Shown in pieces: positions 41,900 through 53,740 of a stretch of 64,000 nt of DNA. Numbering within the stretch: position 1 is the first letter of the stretch; every line of letters begins with the position of its first letter. The stretch is taken from contig OZ249436.1 of assembly GCA_965235115.1 (NCBI GenBank), positions 49,788,001-49,852,000 of the forward strand. Reading direction: 5' to 3'. This DNA is from Laetmonice hystrix (lineage: Eukaryota). A program made the translations under genes and the position numbers. The notes beneath the pieces were generated by a model. The model was not told the DNA's origin, searched no databases, and worked only from the letters and a program-made list of their open reading frames with translations.

Positions 41900-43177
41900 A
41901 AGAGTGATGGACCGCGAAAAGGGGCTCGGGATATGTGTATTATGACTGCCAAACCGTGTATCACTGTCTAAAACTTTGCCAGACATTTTGTTTATTCTGA
42001 CCTCCGTGAGTAGTTATCATGATAGAGCACAGGGTCGTTAAGCTCTGTCCGCCTCCGGCAATGCCAATCTACCTTACAGACAATGTTAGTAGACATTTGG
42101 CCGGCAGTACTTTCCCCTCTGATCATTTGCTTACATGCGTCACTAGCCTCTCCATTTCCTGGTAATGGTGATCTTAGACAGGGTAAGCGGGGCCCTTGTC
42201 GGAGGTCATTACGGCCATGAAGGAGAGATAGAAGGCCAGCTGACCCTGTGGATCGAAAGACTTTAGGATTATACGATATAATGAGGAACTACTCTTTGAG
42301 GTTTTTTTTGGCGTACAATGTCTATAATCAGGTGAAGGTTTGGGCAAAGGTTATCCTTCTACACCAAGGGAAAGAAGGATTGCGGACCAATGAAAATGAC
42401 TAACTGTCTTCAGACTTGCTCGTAAAAAAAGTTCCAAGATTCAATCGTAATTCAGTATTTTTTGTCTAATGAAAGGTCAAATTATGGCTCTCCCGTTAGT
42501 GTACCTTTCAAACTATCTCCGCCCGTCTTGCAGCAGCCACCCGAGTGCTAATTTTGTCCCGTTTTGTCTGAGATGTCGATGCTGTGCTGTGAGTGAAAGA
42601 GGGGAGCAGTTGTATGATTAACGAAAAAAACCAGAATACAATGGGTTGGCCGGAGTGAATGGGGGACAAAAAGAAGAACGAGGACCGTCTGTTAGCTGTC
42701 CGACAGAGTGGGTATTCCATTCTCGCCGACCGTTGATAACGGGCGACATGCAGTGGAACGTCATAGACGTCGTCTGCTCAATGCGTGACGTCATACTGAC
42801 GCCCAGACACAGTGCTCATCACACATCATTCTTTCAGGTCGCCGGCAAAGCAGGTGAATAAAATAGAAGTCTTTTGGAAATGTTAAAAATAACATGCATA
42901 AGAATTGTGTTCTTTAAGAATAATCCGTTAAGACTTATAGAAGGTGCAGGGAAATATTCCATGGGCGCATGCAGGATTTCTTTTCTTTCTTTGGTGGGGG
43001 TGGGGGGGGGGGGGAGACAACACTAATGAATCTGCTGAGGAGGGGCAAGGACGGGAGATCTTCACACTAGTCTTTTAGAGGCAAGACCAAATCCGATGCT
43101 GCTCGGCGGGCTGTATATTATAATACATGTACAGGTATATCGGGCCCTTTCCTAGCTCAGATTTTGGGATGAGGCGG

Positions 43178-44238
43178 TGTTCCGGCTAGATACGTCCGAA
43201 CGGCTAGTTATGTCCGAGGAGTTATGTCCGCAAACATCAGCTAAATGTGTCCGGTACCGGACACATCTAGCTGATATTTGCGGAAATATCCGGATTACCG
43301 GACACATTTAGTTGACATTAATTTTGTGGACATATCTGCGGATTATCCTCTAGATTGCGCCTAAATAAAACTGACCACCAGATGGCAGCATCCATCACAG
43401 ATACCACCAATACCTGCAATGTGGATATTGACACTTGGTGTCACCTTCGACTATAGGACGTTGGCACGAGTCGTTGTTGCCTGGATGCATACAAGGTTCT
43501 TTGATTTTCACAAAACCAAATGTTTAGAATCAAGACAAAATGCATTTTAAAATTAAATGTTTACCTACAACGTGCACTACCTTAAGATTTGTGATTTCGC
43601 TGAGATATAGTTTATTATCGTGATCAACCCCTGTGCTGTGTCTGTCACACCTGTTCTGTGGTACCCGACTAACAGGGTGTGTATATAAAGCAATTGGTAC
43701 CACTGTCCAACTGTCTCGGATAGGCGAGACTCGGTTCTCCACGTTCGGTCGTAGTCTGGAAACAGACGCTGTTGAAAACCTGACATACCAAGAGGTCGGC
43801 TCAGTTGGTGTCCACGAAGGAGAGGTGAGGGTGAAACTCGAAGATCCGTGGACAACTCTTCTAAAGGGTTCTATAATTAGAACCCGTACCCCGTCAGTGT
43901 GCTCAATCTGCGGCTAGGTTCCAAACCAGTTGACTCTCAATGGGCTATCGTGTGTCTCCAGACGCCAGATACGAACGTTAGGACTTGGACCCTGAAGAGT
44001 CAGACCAAGCCCTGATTTTTTTACTTGTTCGATGTTAACTTTCCAAATGTTCCAGTCTTTTTTCTCTAGTTTAGCGGTGTTTTAAAATAGATATTCCAAG
44101 GCTGAATGAGACCGGCAGTTTACATCTAGCTGATGTTTGCGGACATATCAATTTCTCCGGACACATCTAGCTCCTGTTTGCGGACATATCTTCTGTCGGA
44201 CATATTAACTAGCCGTTCGGACATATCTAGCCGGAACA
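43178..44238. mobile_element. Non-autonomous DNA transposon with TGT...ACA termini (Ginger-like)
   Basis: 33-bp TIR TGTTCCGGCTAGATAyGTCCGAACGGCTAGTTA with 1 mismatch. Subterminal GGACAYATCTAGCT-type repeats at both ends. 5-bp TSD GGCGG at 43173-43177 and 44239-44243. Confidence 0.8.
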
Positions 44239-44389
44239 GGCGGCGCGTGTGTCATTGGTTCGTTGGGTCATTCATTCATTCATTCATTCATTCACCTAGA
44301 AGGAAGTCTTAAGCTATACGAGTGACGCGGAGGGTCAGGTGTATTCCTGGTGAAATGGAACCAGATTGGCTGGTTACTCTCGTCTGGAT

Positions 44390-45691
44390 GACACGGGGTC
44401 GGTGTCTGCCGTGGCATAGTGAGACTCCAACTCTAGGTGTAGACGGTCGCCGGTAGTTGTTCAGCCGACACGGGGTCGGTGTCTGCCGTGGCATAGTGAG
44501 ACTCCAACTCTAGGTGTAGACGGCCGCCGGTGGTTGTTCAGCCGACACGGGGTCGGTGTCTGCCGTGGCACAGACTCCAACTCTAGGTGTAGACGGTCGC
44601 CGGTGGTTGTTCAGCCGACACGGGGTCGGTGTCTGCCGTGGCACAGTGAGACTCCAACTCAAGGTGTAGACGGTCGCAGGTGGTTGTTCAGCCGACACGG
44701 GGTCGGTGTCTGCCGTGGCACAGTGAGACTCCAACTCTAGGTGTAGACGGTCGCCGGTGGTTGTTCAGCCGACACGGGGTCGGTGTCTACCGTGGCACAG
44801 TGAGACTCCAACTCTAGGTGTAGACGGCCGCCGGTGGTTGTTCAGCCGACACGGGGTCGGTGTCTGCCGTGGCACAGTGAGACTCCAACTCTAGGTGTAG
44901 ACGGTCGCCGGTGGTTGTTCAGCCGACACGGGGTCGGTGTCTGCCGTGGCACAGTGAGACTCCAACTCTAGGTGTAGACGGTCGCCGGTGGTTGTTCAGC
45001 CGACACGGGGTCGGTGTCTGCCGTGGCACAGACTCCAACTCTAGGTGTAGACGGTCGCCGGTGGTTGTTCAGCCGACACGGGGTCGGTGTCTGCCGTGGC
45101 ACAGTGAGACTACAACTCTAGGTGTAGACGGCCGCCGGTGGTTGTTCAGCCGACACGGGGTCGGTGTCTGCCGTGGCACAGTGAGACTCCAACTCTAGGT
45201 GTAGACGGTCGCCGGTGGTTGTTCAGCCGACACGGGGTCGGTGTCTGCCGTGGCACAGTGAGACTCCAACTCTAGGTGTAGACGGTCGCCGGTGGTTGTT
45301 CAGCCGACACGGGGTCGGTGTCTGCCGTGGCACAGTGAGACTCCAACTCTAGGTGTAGACGGCCGCCGGTGGTTGTTCAGCCGACACGGGGTCGGTGTCT
45401 GCCGTGGCACAGTGAGACTCCAACTCTAGGTGTAGACGGTCGCCGGTGGTTGTTCAGCCGACACGGGGTCGGTGTCTGCCGTGGCACAGTGAGACTCCAA
45501 CTCTAGGTGTAGACGGTCGCCGGTGGTTGTTCAGCCGACACGGGGTCGGTGTCTGCCGTGGCACAGTGAGACTCCAACTCTAGGTGTAGACGGTCGCCGG
45601 TGGTTGTTCAGCCGACACGGGGTCGGTGTCTGCCGTGGCACAGTGAGACTCCAACTCTAGGTGTAGACGGTCGCCGGTGGTTGTTCAGCCG
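44390..45691. repeat. 77-bp GC/CpG-rich minisatellite, ~17 copies
   Basis: Unit GACACGGGGTCGGTGTCTGCCGTGGCACAGTGAGACTCCAACTCTAGGTGTAGACGGTCGCCGGTGGTTGTTCAGCC; two copies carry a 4-nt deletion. Confidence 0.96.
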
Positions 45692-46867
45692 GAGAGTTAT
45701 GGCACGACACCACAGATCTCAGCGCTGGTTGGATGTATTACGACCAGATGTTACCTGATCCTACCATAGAACACGTTCTATGATCCTACATATTGCTTTA
45801 TTTGTCTGTGTCACCGCGTCTTTATATCCAGTTAGTTGGAGAATTTTGACATCTTTGGTGAATAGTGGAGTCAAGGGAATATAAAATGTAGGACTAATAT
45901 AAATATAAGGTTGACTGCTCATGTTTTGTGAGTTAGAGTAGCCAGATGTTGGTAGTAATTTTGTTGTTGTATATGTGTCTGTGTGTATTTGTGGGAGAAG
46001 ATAAATTCAGCACTCCGCGTCCATTCAATGTCATTTAGTGTTTAGGAGTTTGTGTCTCCTTCCTCACGCAGGGAGTCGTCTATAATACGGAAGTTAGGAA
46101 AAAATCCGAACTAATTCCTGGTGGACTGTATCGTGTGTATCTAGCTGAAACCGTAAAATAATAAATGTTTCTTCTAGTACTGTTTTTTACGTCTTAAAAT
46201 GCTTTGTGTAGTAAGATATAGACTGATCGCGTGCAGTGAACTATCAAAGACAAGATGTTTTTTCAAAGTGAGGCATTCCGATATAGTGTGAAGGAGCAGT
46301 GAGTTGGAAGATGAATGTAGCTGTGGGAAACACGACGGTGGCGTTCATCTGTTGGTGGCCAGCTCAGCGTCTCCCTCCGCTCTGGGAACGACCACCATGA
46401 ATTATGTATCGCTGAGAACCACTAATGGCAATTCGATATCAGTAGGCATGCAGGCACTTTTTCAAAAGTAATGATTTACACTTTAATAATGATGGTAGTG
46501 ATATTTGAGAGAGTGAATTATGCTAACGTGTTCGGAATGAACGTGTCCACGCCAGTTTGTCCTGTGTATCCGCGGATATCAACATTGATGTCATTCTCAT
46601 AGTATTCTCACATCCTGATCAATCATCTATTTTAGACTTATTTTGTATTTTGTATTCTCAGAAAAATGCTCACCGTTTTTTACGTTTTACGTGTTTAATT
46701 AGGCCCCATTGCTGTCTTTTACTGCTGAAAGCAGTTGAAAAAAAATTAAGGTGCGTGTATACATACATTGCTGATTTCAGAGGGCACACCTGCCCCGGCC
46801 TGCCTGATCCTGCACCTATCGTGAGACACCGCAGACATCTACTGCCGGGGTCCAGACCCGTGCTGCA

Positions 46868-48005
46868 CATCTACAGCCGGGTCCCATCTACAGTCTGGTC
46901 CCATCTACAGTCTGGTCCCATCTACAGCCGGGTCCCATCTACAGCCGGGTCCCATCTACGGCCGGGTCCCATCTACAGCCGGGTCCCATCTACAGCCGGG
47001 TCCCATCTACAGCCGGGTCCCATCTACAGCCGGGTTCCATCTACAGCCGGGTCCCATCTACAGCCGGGTCCCATCTACGGCCGGGTCCCATCTACAGCCG
47101 GGTCCCATCTACAGCCGGGTCCCATCTACGGCTGGGTCCCATCTACAGCCGGGTCCCATACACAGCCAAGTCCCATCTACGGCTGGGTCCCATCTACAGC
47201 CGGGTCCCATACGCAGCCAAGTCCCATCTACGGCTGGGTCCCATCTACGGCCGGGTCCCATCTACGGCTGGGTCCCATCTACAGTCTGGTCCCATCTACG
47301 GCCGGGTCCCATCTACGGCTGGGTCCCATCTACAGTCTGGTCCCATCTACGGCCGGGTCCCATCTACGGCTGGGTCCCATCACGGCCTGTAGACGATCTT
47401 GCGTCTCTATGCGCCGACCGGTAAATCGTGCATTTCGTTGAGGAGTTCGTGCATCTCGATGCAGCACTCGGCCCCTGTCACGTCAGAAAACCACACCGTA
47501 AAGTTAAAGTATTAATGATTAGGTCTCCTTAACTACACCACGGAATGCCTGAACATGTTAGCAATGTGTGGACATCAACTTCCCGGCATGTTTTTCTCTG
47601 TTTAGGCCACACGAATGCACACAGTGCAAGCAAACCCCGACGTGGTTTTCCCATCATAGGGTGTCTGAACTGTGGAGGCTTACACACAAATATTATCGTG
47701 TTAATCAAGATGATACCACTGCACATCCAACCAGCAATATCGTACATGTTCCGTGAGCTTGGAAGGTGATGAATAAACATTCTGAGTAACTCACGGGAAG
47801 ACATTTTAGGAAGGCGTGCTGACGTGACAGGGCCGACTGCCGCATCGAGATGCATGAATTCCTCATCGAAATGCACGATTTACGGGTCGGCGCATAGAGA
47901 TGCAAGATCGTCTACAGGCCGTGCCCATCTACGGCCGGGTCCCATCTACGGCCGGGTCCCATCTACAGCCTGGTCCCATACACAGCCAAGTCCCATCTAT
48001 GGCCG
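46868..48005. repeat. 17-bp minisatellite (CATCTACAGCCGGGTCC)n interrupted by a transposon at 47381-47923
   Basis: About 30 copies at 46868-47380 and about 4 more after 47924. Confidence 0.92.
47381..47923. mobile_element. Non-autonomous DNA transposon with CAC...GTG termini, ~100-bp TIRs and a 5-bp TSD (Transib/RAG-like signature)
   Basis: Left CACGGCCTGTAGACGATCTTGCGTCTCTATGCGCCGACC...TGTCACGTCAG; right CTGACGTGACA...GGTCGGCGCATAGAGATGCAAGATCGTCTACAGGCCGTG. TSD CCCAT at 47376-47380 and 47924-47928. Confidence 0.85.
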
Positions 48006-49073
48006 GAGCCAGTCAGGTGCCCGGGCCTCAGTGGGACATTGCTACCGTTGTGGAGAACCCCACCTGCACGTTTTGGTCGCAGGGTTTAAAACAAAAATTG
48101 TCGTACTGTTACAGTGGTATGAGAGTATCTTGTGATAGCAATGATTTATCCAACATGTGTACGTTGGTATGGGAAGACGTATGATATCAGCTGCGACCGT
48201 TCAGTAAAACACCCAGTTACTCTACGGTAATAAGAGAAAATCCTTGAAATGAATTTGAGTAGTTGTCTTAGGGCGACACGTTTCAAACAACCTGATATGT
48301 GATTAACTATATGTGATTAACTGAACAATGTGAATTGCGGGAACTTGGCATATGTTTCACCTTTCCTAGAGTACGTAGCAATCAGTGTAATACCGAAAAA
48401 CTTGGCATAACCATATGAATTTTACGGAAGAACTCAATGTCTGAAGACATTTGCTAAGACGGAATTGGAAAGGTTCCAGCACCTATATATATTAGGCTCG
48501 AATGGGCGGCACTGGCGCTGCCAAGTCAGACTGCCAAGACGCTGCATTCTTGGAGTATTCTTCACCAGTACTACCTGATATTATAAACCACCATGTACTG
48601 AAGAACAATAGGTTTGTGAACATGCATTATATTTGGATAAGTCTCTGTCGAAAAGTGTTAAAAAAGTTCGACAACAGACAAGAATCAGATACCATGCTGA
48701 CTGTGATTATGGTAAGAAACGTGAAACTTCGCGTGCTTGTTCTATTCAGTATCATTATGAATGCTGTACCATTGTAAAAGGTAAAATCTATGGTAAATAA
48801 AGAGGGAGGAATTAAGTACGGTCGTCAAGTAGGTCGAGGCAAGCTGCTAAAAAGGAAAGTGCATGGGAACGAATAAATGTTGTAAATATTGCACGAGAAT
48901 TAATATTCTGCAGGTTAAATTTTCACTCAGTTTTGCCAACAAAATCCGTATACACCTGCAATGTTTTTGGGAGTGCACGACTATAATAATATACATGTAT
49001 TATGCTATTTAGCGCAATAAAAAAACGCCCAGAAAAATGTCCTTGTGTCCGTTTGTCTCAGTTGTAACCCGTT

Positions 49074-50436
49074 CCACTTCAATCGTATGACCTGGCGTCT
49101 GTCAGCAACATCCACTTCAATCGTATGACCTGGCGTCTGTCAGCAACATCCACTTCAATCGTATGACCTGGCGTCTGTCAGCAGCATCCAATTTAATCGT
49201 ATGACCTGGCGTCTGTCAGCATCCACTTCAATCGTATGACCTGGCGTCTGTCAGCAACATCCACTTCAATCGTATGACCTGGCGTCTGTCAGCAGCATCC
49301 ACTTCAATCGTATGACCTGGCGTCTGTCAGCAGCATCCACTTCAATCGTATGACCTGGCGTCTGTCAGCAGCATCCACTTCAATCGTATGACCTGGCGTC
49401 TGTCGGCAGCATCCACTTCAATCGTATGACCTGGCGTCTGTCAGCAGCATCCACTTCAATCGTATGACCTGGCGTCTGTCAGCAGCATCCACTTCAATCG
49501 TATGACCTGGCGTCTGTCAGCAGCATCCACTTCAATCGTATGATCTGGCGTCTGTCAGCAGCATCCACTTCAATCGTATGACCCGGGGTCTGTCAGCAAC
49601 ATCCACTTCAATCGTATGACCTGGCGTCTGTCAGCAGCATCCACTTCAATCGTATGACCTGGCGTCTGTCAGCAGCATCCACTTCAATCGTATGACCTGG
49701 CGTCTGTCAGCATCCACTTCAATCGTATGACCTGGCGTCTGTCAGCATCCACTTCAATCGTATGACCTGGCGTCTGTCAGCAGCATCCACTTCAATCGTA
49801 TGACCTGGCGTCTGTCAGCAGCATCCACTTCAATCGTATGACCTGGCGTCTGTCAGCAACATCCACTTCAATCGTATGACCTGGCGTCTGTCAGCAACAT
49901 CCACTTCAATCGTATGACCTGGCGTCTGTCAGCAGCATCCACTTCAATCGTATGACCTGGCGTCTGTCAGCAGCATCCACTTCAATCGTATGACCTGGCG
50001 TCTGTCAGCAACATCCACTTCAATCGTATGACCTGGCGTCTGTCAGCAGCATCCACTTCAATCGTATGACCTGGCGTCTGTCAGCAGCATCCACTTCAAT
50101 CGTATGACCTGGGGTCTGTCAGCAGCATCCACTTCAATCGTATGACCTGGCGTCTGTCAGCAGCATCCACTTCAATCGTATGACCTGGCGTCTGTCAGCA
50201 ACATCCACTTCAATCGTATGACCTGGCGTCTGTCAGCAGCATCCACTTCAATCGTATGACCTGGCGTCTGTCAGCAGCATCCACTTCAATCGTATGACCT
50301 GGCGTCTGTCAGCAGCATCCACTTCAATCGTATGACCTGGGGTCTGTCAGCAACATCCACTTCAATCGTATGACCTGGCGTCTGTCAGCAGCATCCACTT
50401 CAATCGTATGACCTGGCGTCTGTCAGCAGCATCCAC
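49074..50436. repeat. 38-bp minisatellite, ~36 copies
   Basis: Unit CCACTTCAATCGTATGACCTGGCGTCTGTCAGCAGCAT, with CAA/CAG and 3-nt-deletion variants. Confidence 0.96.
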
Positions 50437-51142
50437 CAAGGGGTCACTGCCAAATCCGTGTGCAGGCCCTTTACCAAGTAGCCTCTCGTTGGGATCTGTT
50501 CTATTTTGAAGGGCCCCACATTGCCTGACGAACAACGTCGCCACCTGCACATAAAAGGTAGTAGATCTATAGACGTGAGGCAGATGTAGTCACAGCAGAT
50601 GGAAAGACGACGCGGAAATTGTTGCTAAATAATCACAGAGCGATAATAAAGAGCGACGACCAGCTTGGTCGTGTAATATTTCCCTGTAAGCCGTTCTTCA
50701 ATATGTAACCTAATCACCTTATCTCAGATACGTTAGGGAAATTATCTCTCCCATCGAAGCCGGCTTGTACTCGAAATATTATATCACCGGGAAAATAGTG
50801 ATTTAGCGGGGCGCATGCAGGAGATTTGGTTTTACTGAGAGTATGTTGGGATAAGATAATTCTCACTCAGATGGAGCAATTATCGGTATTAATGTACATA
50901 TTGCAGAGGCATGGCCGTTATGGGTGGAGAAAGTATAGGTGCATCTCTGTACGCATAATGTAGTGTTTAAAACTTAGAATAATTGGTACAGGGTATACTG
51001 GTACACCTTCAAGGTCAATGTCGTATTTTGTCTGTGCATATTGCACGGAAACTTTGGTGCCTGTAAGAAAGTGCGATAATGTCTACAATAGAGTACAGGG
51101 TGGGAAATAGGAGGGGCGGGAGGTAATGTACATTACTCCTAA

Positions 51143-51289
51143 GGGGCCGTCGAAAAATTACTTGACGCTGAAGGGTGTGGGGGTAGGGTGTATGTCCAAG
51201 CTTACGGTTATAAAGCTCCCGTTACGGGGTGTAGGGGTGTGGATGTCAGATTGGGGTAAGAATAGCGTTACTAATTTATGGACGGCCCC
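51143..51289. mobile_element. Tourist/PIF-Harbinger-like MITE
   Basis: TIR GGGGCCGTC...AAATTA / TAATTT...GACGGCCCC flanked by TAA on both sides. Confidence 0.75.
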
Positions 51290-51403
51290 TAATAAAGTTA
51301 ACCGTTTCCATGTCAAAACGTCAAGGGACATAGCCGCCAGTATGCCCCATTCTGACATATAGTACACAGATTGGTGGCATCAGTCAGTTCCGATTTGACT
51401 GTG

Positions 51404-51585
51404 CAGGCCCGTAATTCCCATCAAATTATTGACGGGGCTATTGAATTATTGAGGGGCTCGACGAACAGATCCAAGGTTCTCCCTGGTAAATAGGATAATT
51501 ATTAGGCAACACTGAAAATATTGGGTGGGGGGGGGGGGGGGGGGGCTTTAGCCCCCTAGCGCCCCTCCCCCGAATTACGGCCCTG
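51404..51585. mobile_element. MITE with 13-bp TIR and 5-bp TSD
   Basis: CAGGCCCGTAATT / AATTACGGCCCTG (1 mismatch). CTGTG immediately flanks both ends. Internal poly-G. Confidence 0.7.
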
Positions 51586-51752
51586 CTGTGTCCATGAGCC
51601 GGTATTTCAGGGTGACGGTATAGGTCTACGTGTGGCAGTTGTTGCAGCGATTAGCGCGGCCTGCCTTGTAAGTGACCTGCTTCAAACTCCTATTTCATAG
51701 TAGTAGTATAGTGGCAACTCGTAAAGCGTTAGATTTAAAACGGCGCATAGTT

Positions 51753-52926
51753 GTCACCCATCACTGCAAGTAAACACACTCATACTCTGTTTCAGTCACC
51801 CATCACTGCAAGTAAACACACTCATACTCTGTTTTAGTCACCCATCACTGCAAGTAAACACACTCATACTCTGTTTTAGTCACCCATCACTGCGAGTAAA
51901 CACACTCATACTCTGTTTTAGTCACCCATCACTGCAAGTAAACACACTCATACTCTGTTTTAGTCACCCATCCCTAGAAGTAAACACACTCATACTCTGT
52001 TTTAGTCACCCATCCCTAGAAGTAAACACACTCATACTCTGTTTTAGTCACCCATCCCTAGAAGTAAACACACTCATACTCTGTTTTAGTCACCCATCCC
52101 TAGAAGTAAACACACTCATACTCTGTTTTAGTCACCCATCCCTAGAAGTAAACACACTCATACTCTGTTTTAGTCACCCATCACTGCAAGTAAACACACT
52201 CATACTCTGCTTCACTTCAGTCACCCATCACTGCAAGTAAACACACACATACTCTGCTTCAGTCACCCATCACTGCAAGTAAACACACTCATACTCTGTT
52301 TTAGTCACCCATCACTGCAAGTAAACACTTATACTCTGTTTTAGTCACCCATCCCTACAAGTAAACACACTCATACTCTGTTTTAGTCACCTATCACTGC
52401 AAGTAAACACACTTGTTTCAGTCACCCATCACTGCAAGTAAACACACTCATACTCTGTTTTAGTCACCCATCACTGCAAGTAAACACACTCATACTCTGT
52501 TTTAGTCACCCATCCCTAGAAGTAAACACACTCATACTCTGTTTTAGTCACCCATCCCTAGAAGTAAACACACTCATACTCTGTTTTAGTCACCCATCAC
52601 TGCAAGTAACACACTCATACTCTGTTTTAGTCACCCATCACTGCAACTAAACACACTCATACTCTGTTTTAGTCACCCATCACTGCAAGTAAACACACTC
52701 ATACTCTGTTTTAGTCACCCATCCCTAGAAGTAAACACACTCATACTCTGTTTTAGTCACCCATCCCTAGAAGTAAACACACTCATGCTCTGTTTCAGTC
52801 ACCCATCACTGCAAGTAAACACACTCATACTCTGTTTTAGTCACCCATCACTGCAACTAAACACACTCATACTCTGTTTTAGTCACCCATCCCTAGAAGT
52901 AAACACACTCAATGCTCTGTTTCAGT
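51753..52926. repeat. 42-bp minisatellite, ~28 copies
   Basis: Unit GTCACCCATCACTGCAAGTAAACACACTCATACTCTGTTTTA, with a CCCTAGAAG variant. Confidence 0.95.
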
Positions 52927-53491
52927 TGCCAGTTTCATCTTTCTCATTGTCTGCGTGCAAATTGAAGAAAACCAGGTTTTACTACGGAAATACACTTTGA
53001 AGAAATTGACTGGAGAAATTTGATACCTGGGATAAAACTGGTCACTTTTCCGGTTGACACACGTCGACAAACGATCCGGCTGTGATGCATTATGACACTG
53101 TCCTTACCTTCGTGTTTTACCGCTCAGCTTAAATAACAGCTGATTGACGTTGTCATGGCTGGCGGGGGTTGGGGGCGGTGGTGGACAGGCAGGAGGGGCT
53201 CAACCACCCAGCACCGGTCTCATCTGGTCCCCGATTACAGGTGCCAAAAAAGGGCTGTTTGATTTCTTTTCGCCCAGCCCGTACCATGTCCCCGTCCCCT
53301 CGGCTACGACCCGATCCAAGAGAACCTGGCTGCAGACATGGCCAGTCGCAGGGTTGGATGGATGGGTAGGCCAGTAGGGGCTGGCGGGCAGGATAGATCT
53401 AACCTGTTGGAGGTCTAAGGGTTGTACCCGTCATCACATGTAGAGTTCAGGTGGTGTGGATTATCCTATAGGTATCGGGACCAGAGTGACT

Positions 53492-53740
53492 CAGGGGCGC
53501 CTGCAGAACTATTTTTCAGTATACGCACAGAGTTTTAAAGGTAGAGAATACACGAGGAGTGGTTTAGAAATAGGATTTATAAATGACGTCGGAAAGTAGT
53601 GCTGGTTCGAACGAGTTACGTTACCAAAGGCAGGTCGGATTTTAGAGCCGATTTGTTTATTTAAGCATTAAAAAAAATTTCAACAAAATTTTCCATTATA
53701 CGCACATGCGTAGAGTGCGTATAGGCTGCAGGCGCCACTG
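53492..53740. mobile_element. MITE with 15-bp TIR
   Basis: CAGGGGCGCCTGCAG / CTGCAGGCGCCACTG (1 mismatch). Subterminal TATACGCAC / GTGCGTATA. GACT flanks both ends. Confidence 0.65.

Noticed and set aside
40183..41971. Long repetitive ORFs (GNQGSGGPRK, EIKGVGDLGK, ISFPRSPTPL)
   Set aside because: The 30-bp unit is open in several frames on both strands and 1-nt indels switch frames freely, so there is no sign of coding constraint.
44390..45691. RSS heptamer CACAGTG in most 77-bp units
   Set aside because: There is no ACAAAAACC-like nonamer at 12 or 23 bp spacing; one chance heptamer was simply amplified.
46557..47441. 294-aa ORF with PIYSRVPSTAGSHLQPG repeats
   Set aside because: It is a product of the 17-bp array and runs into a transposon TIR.
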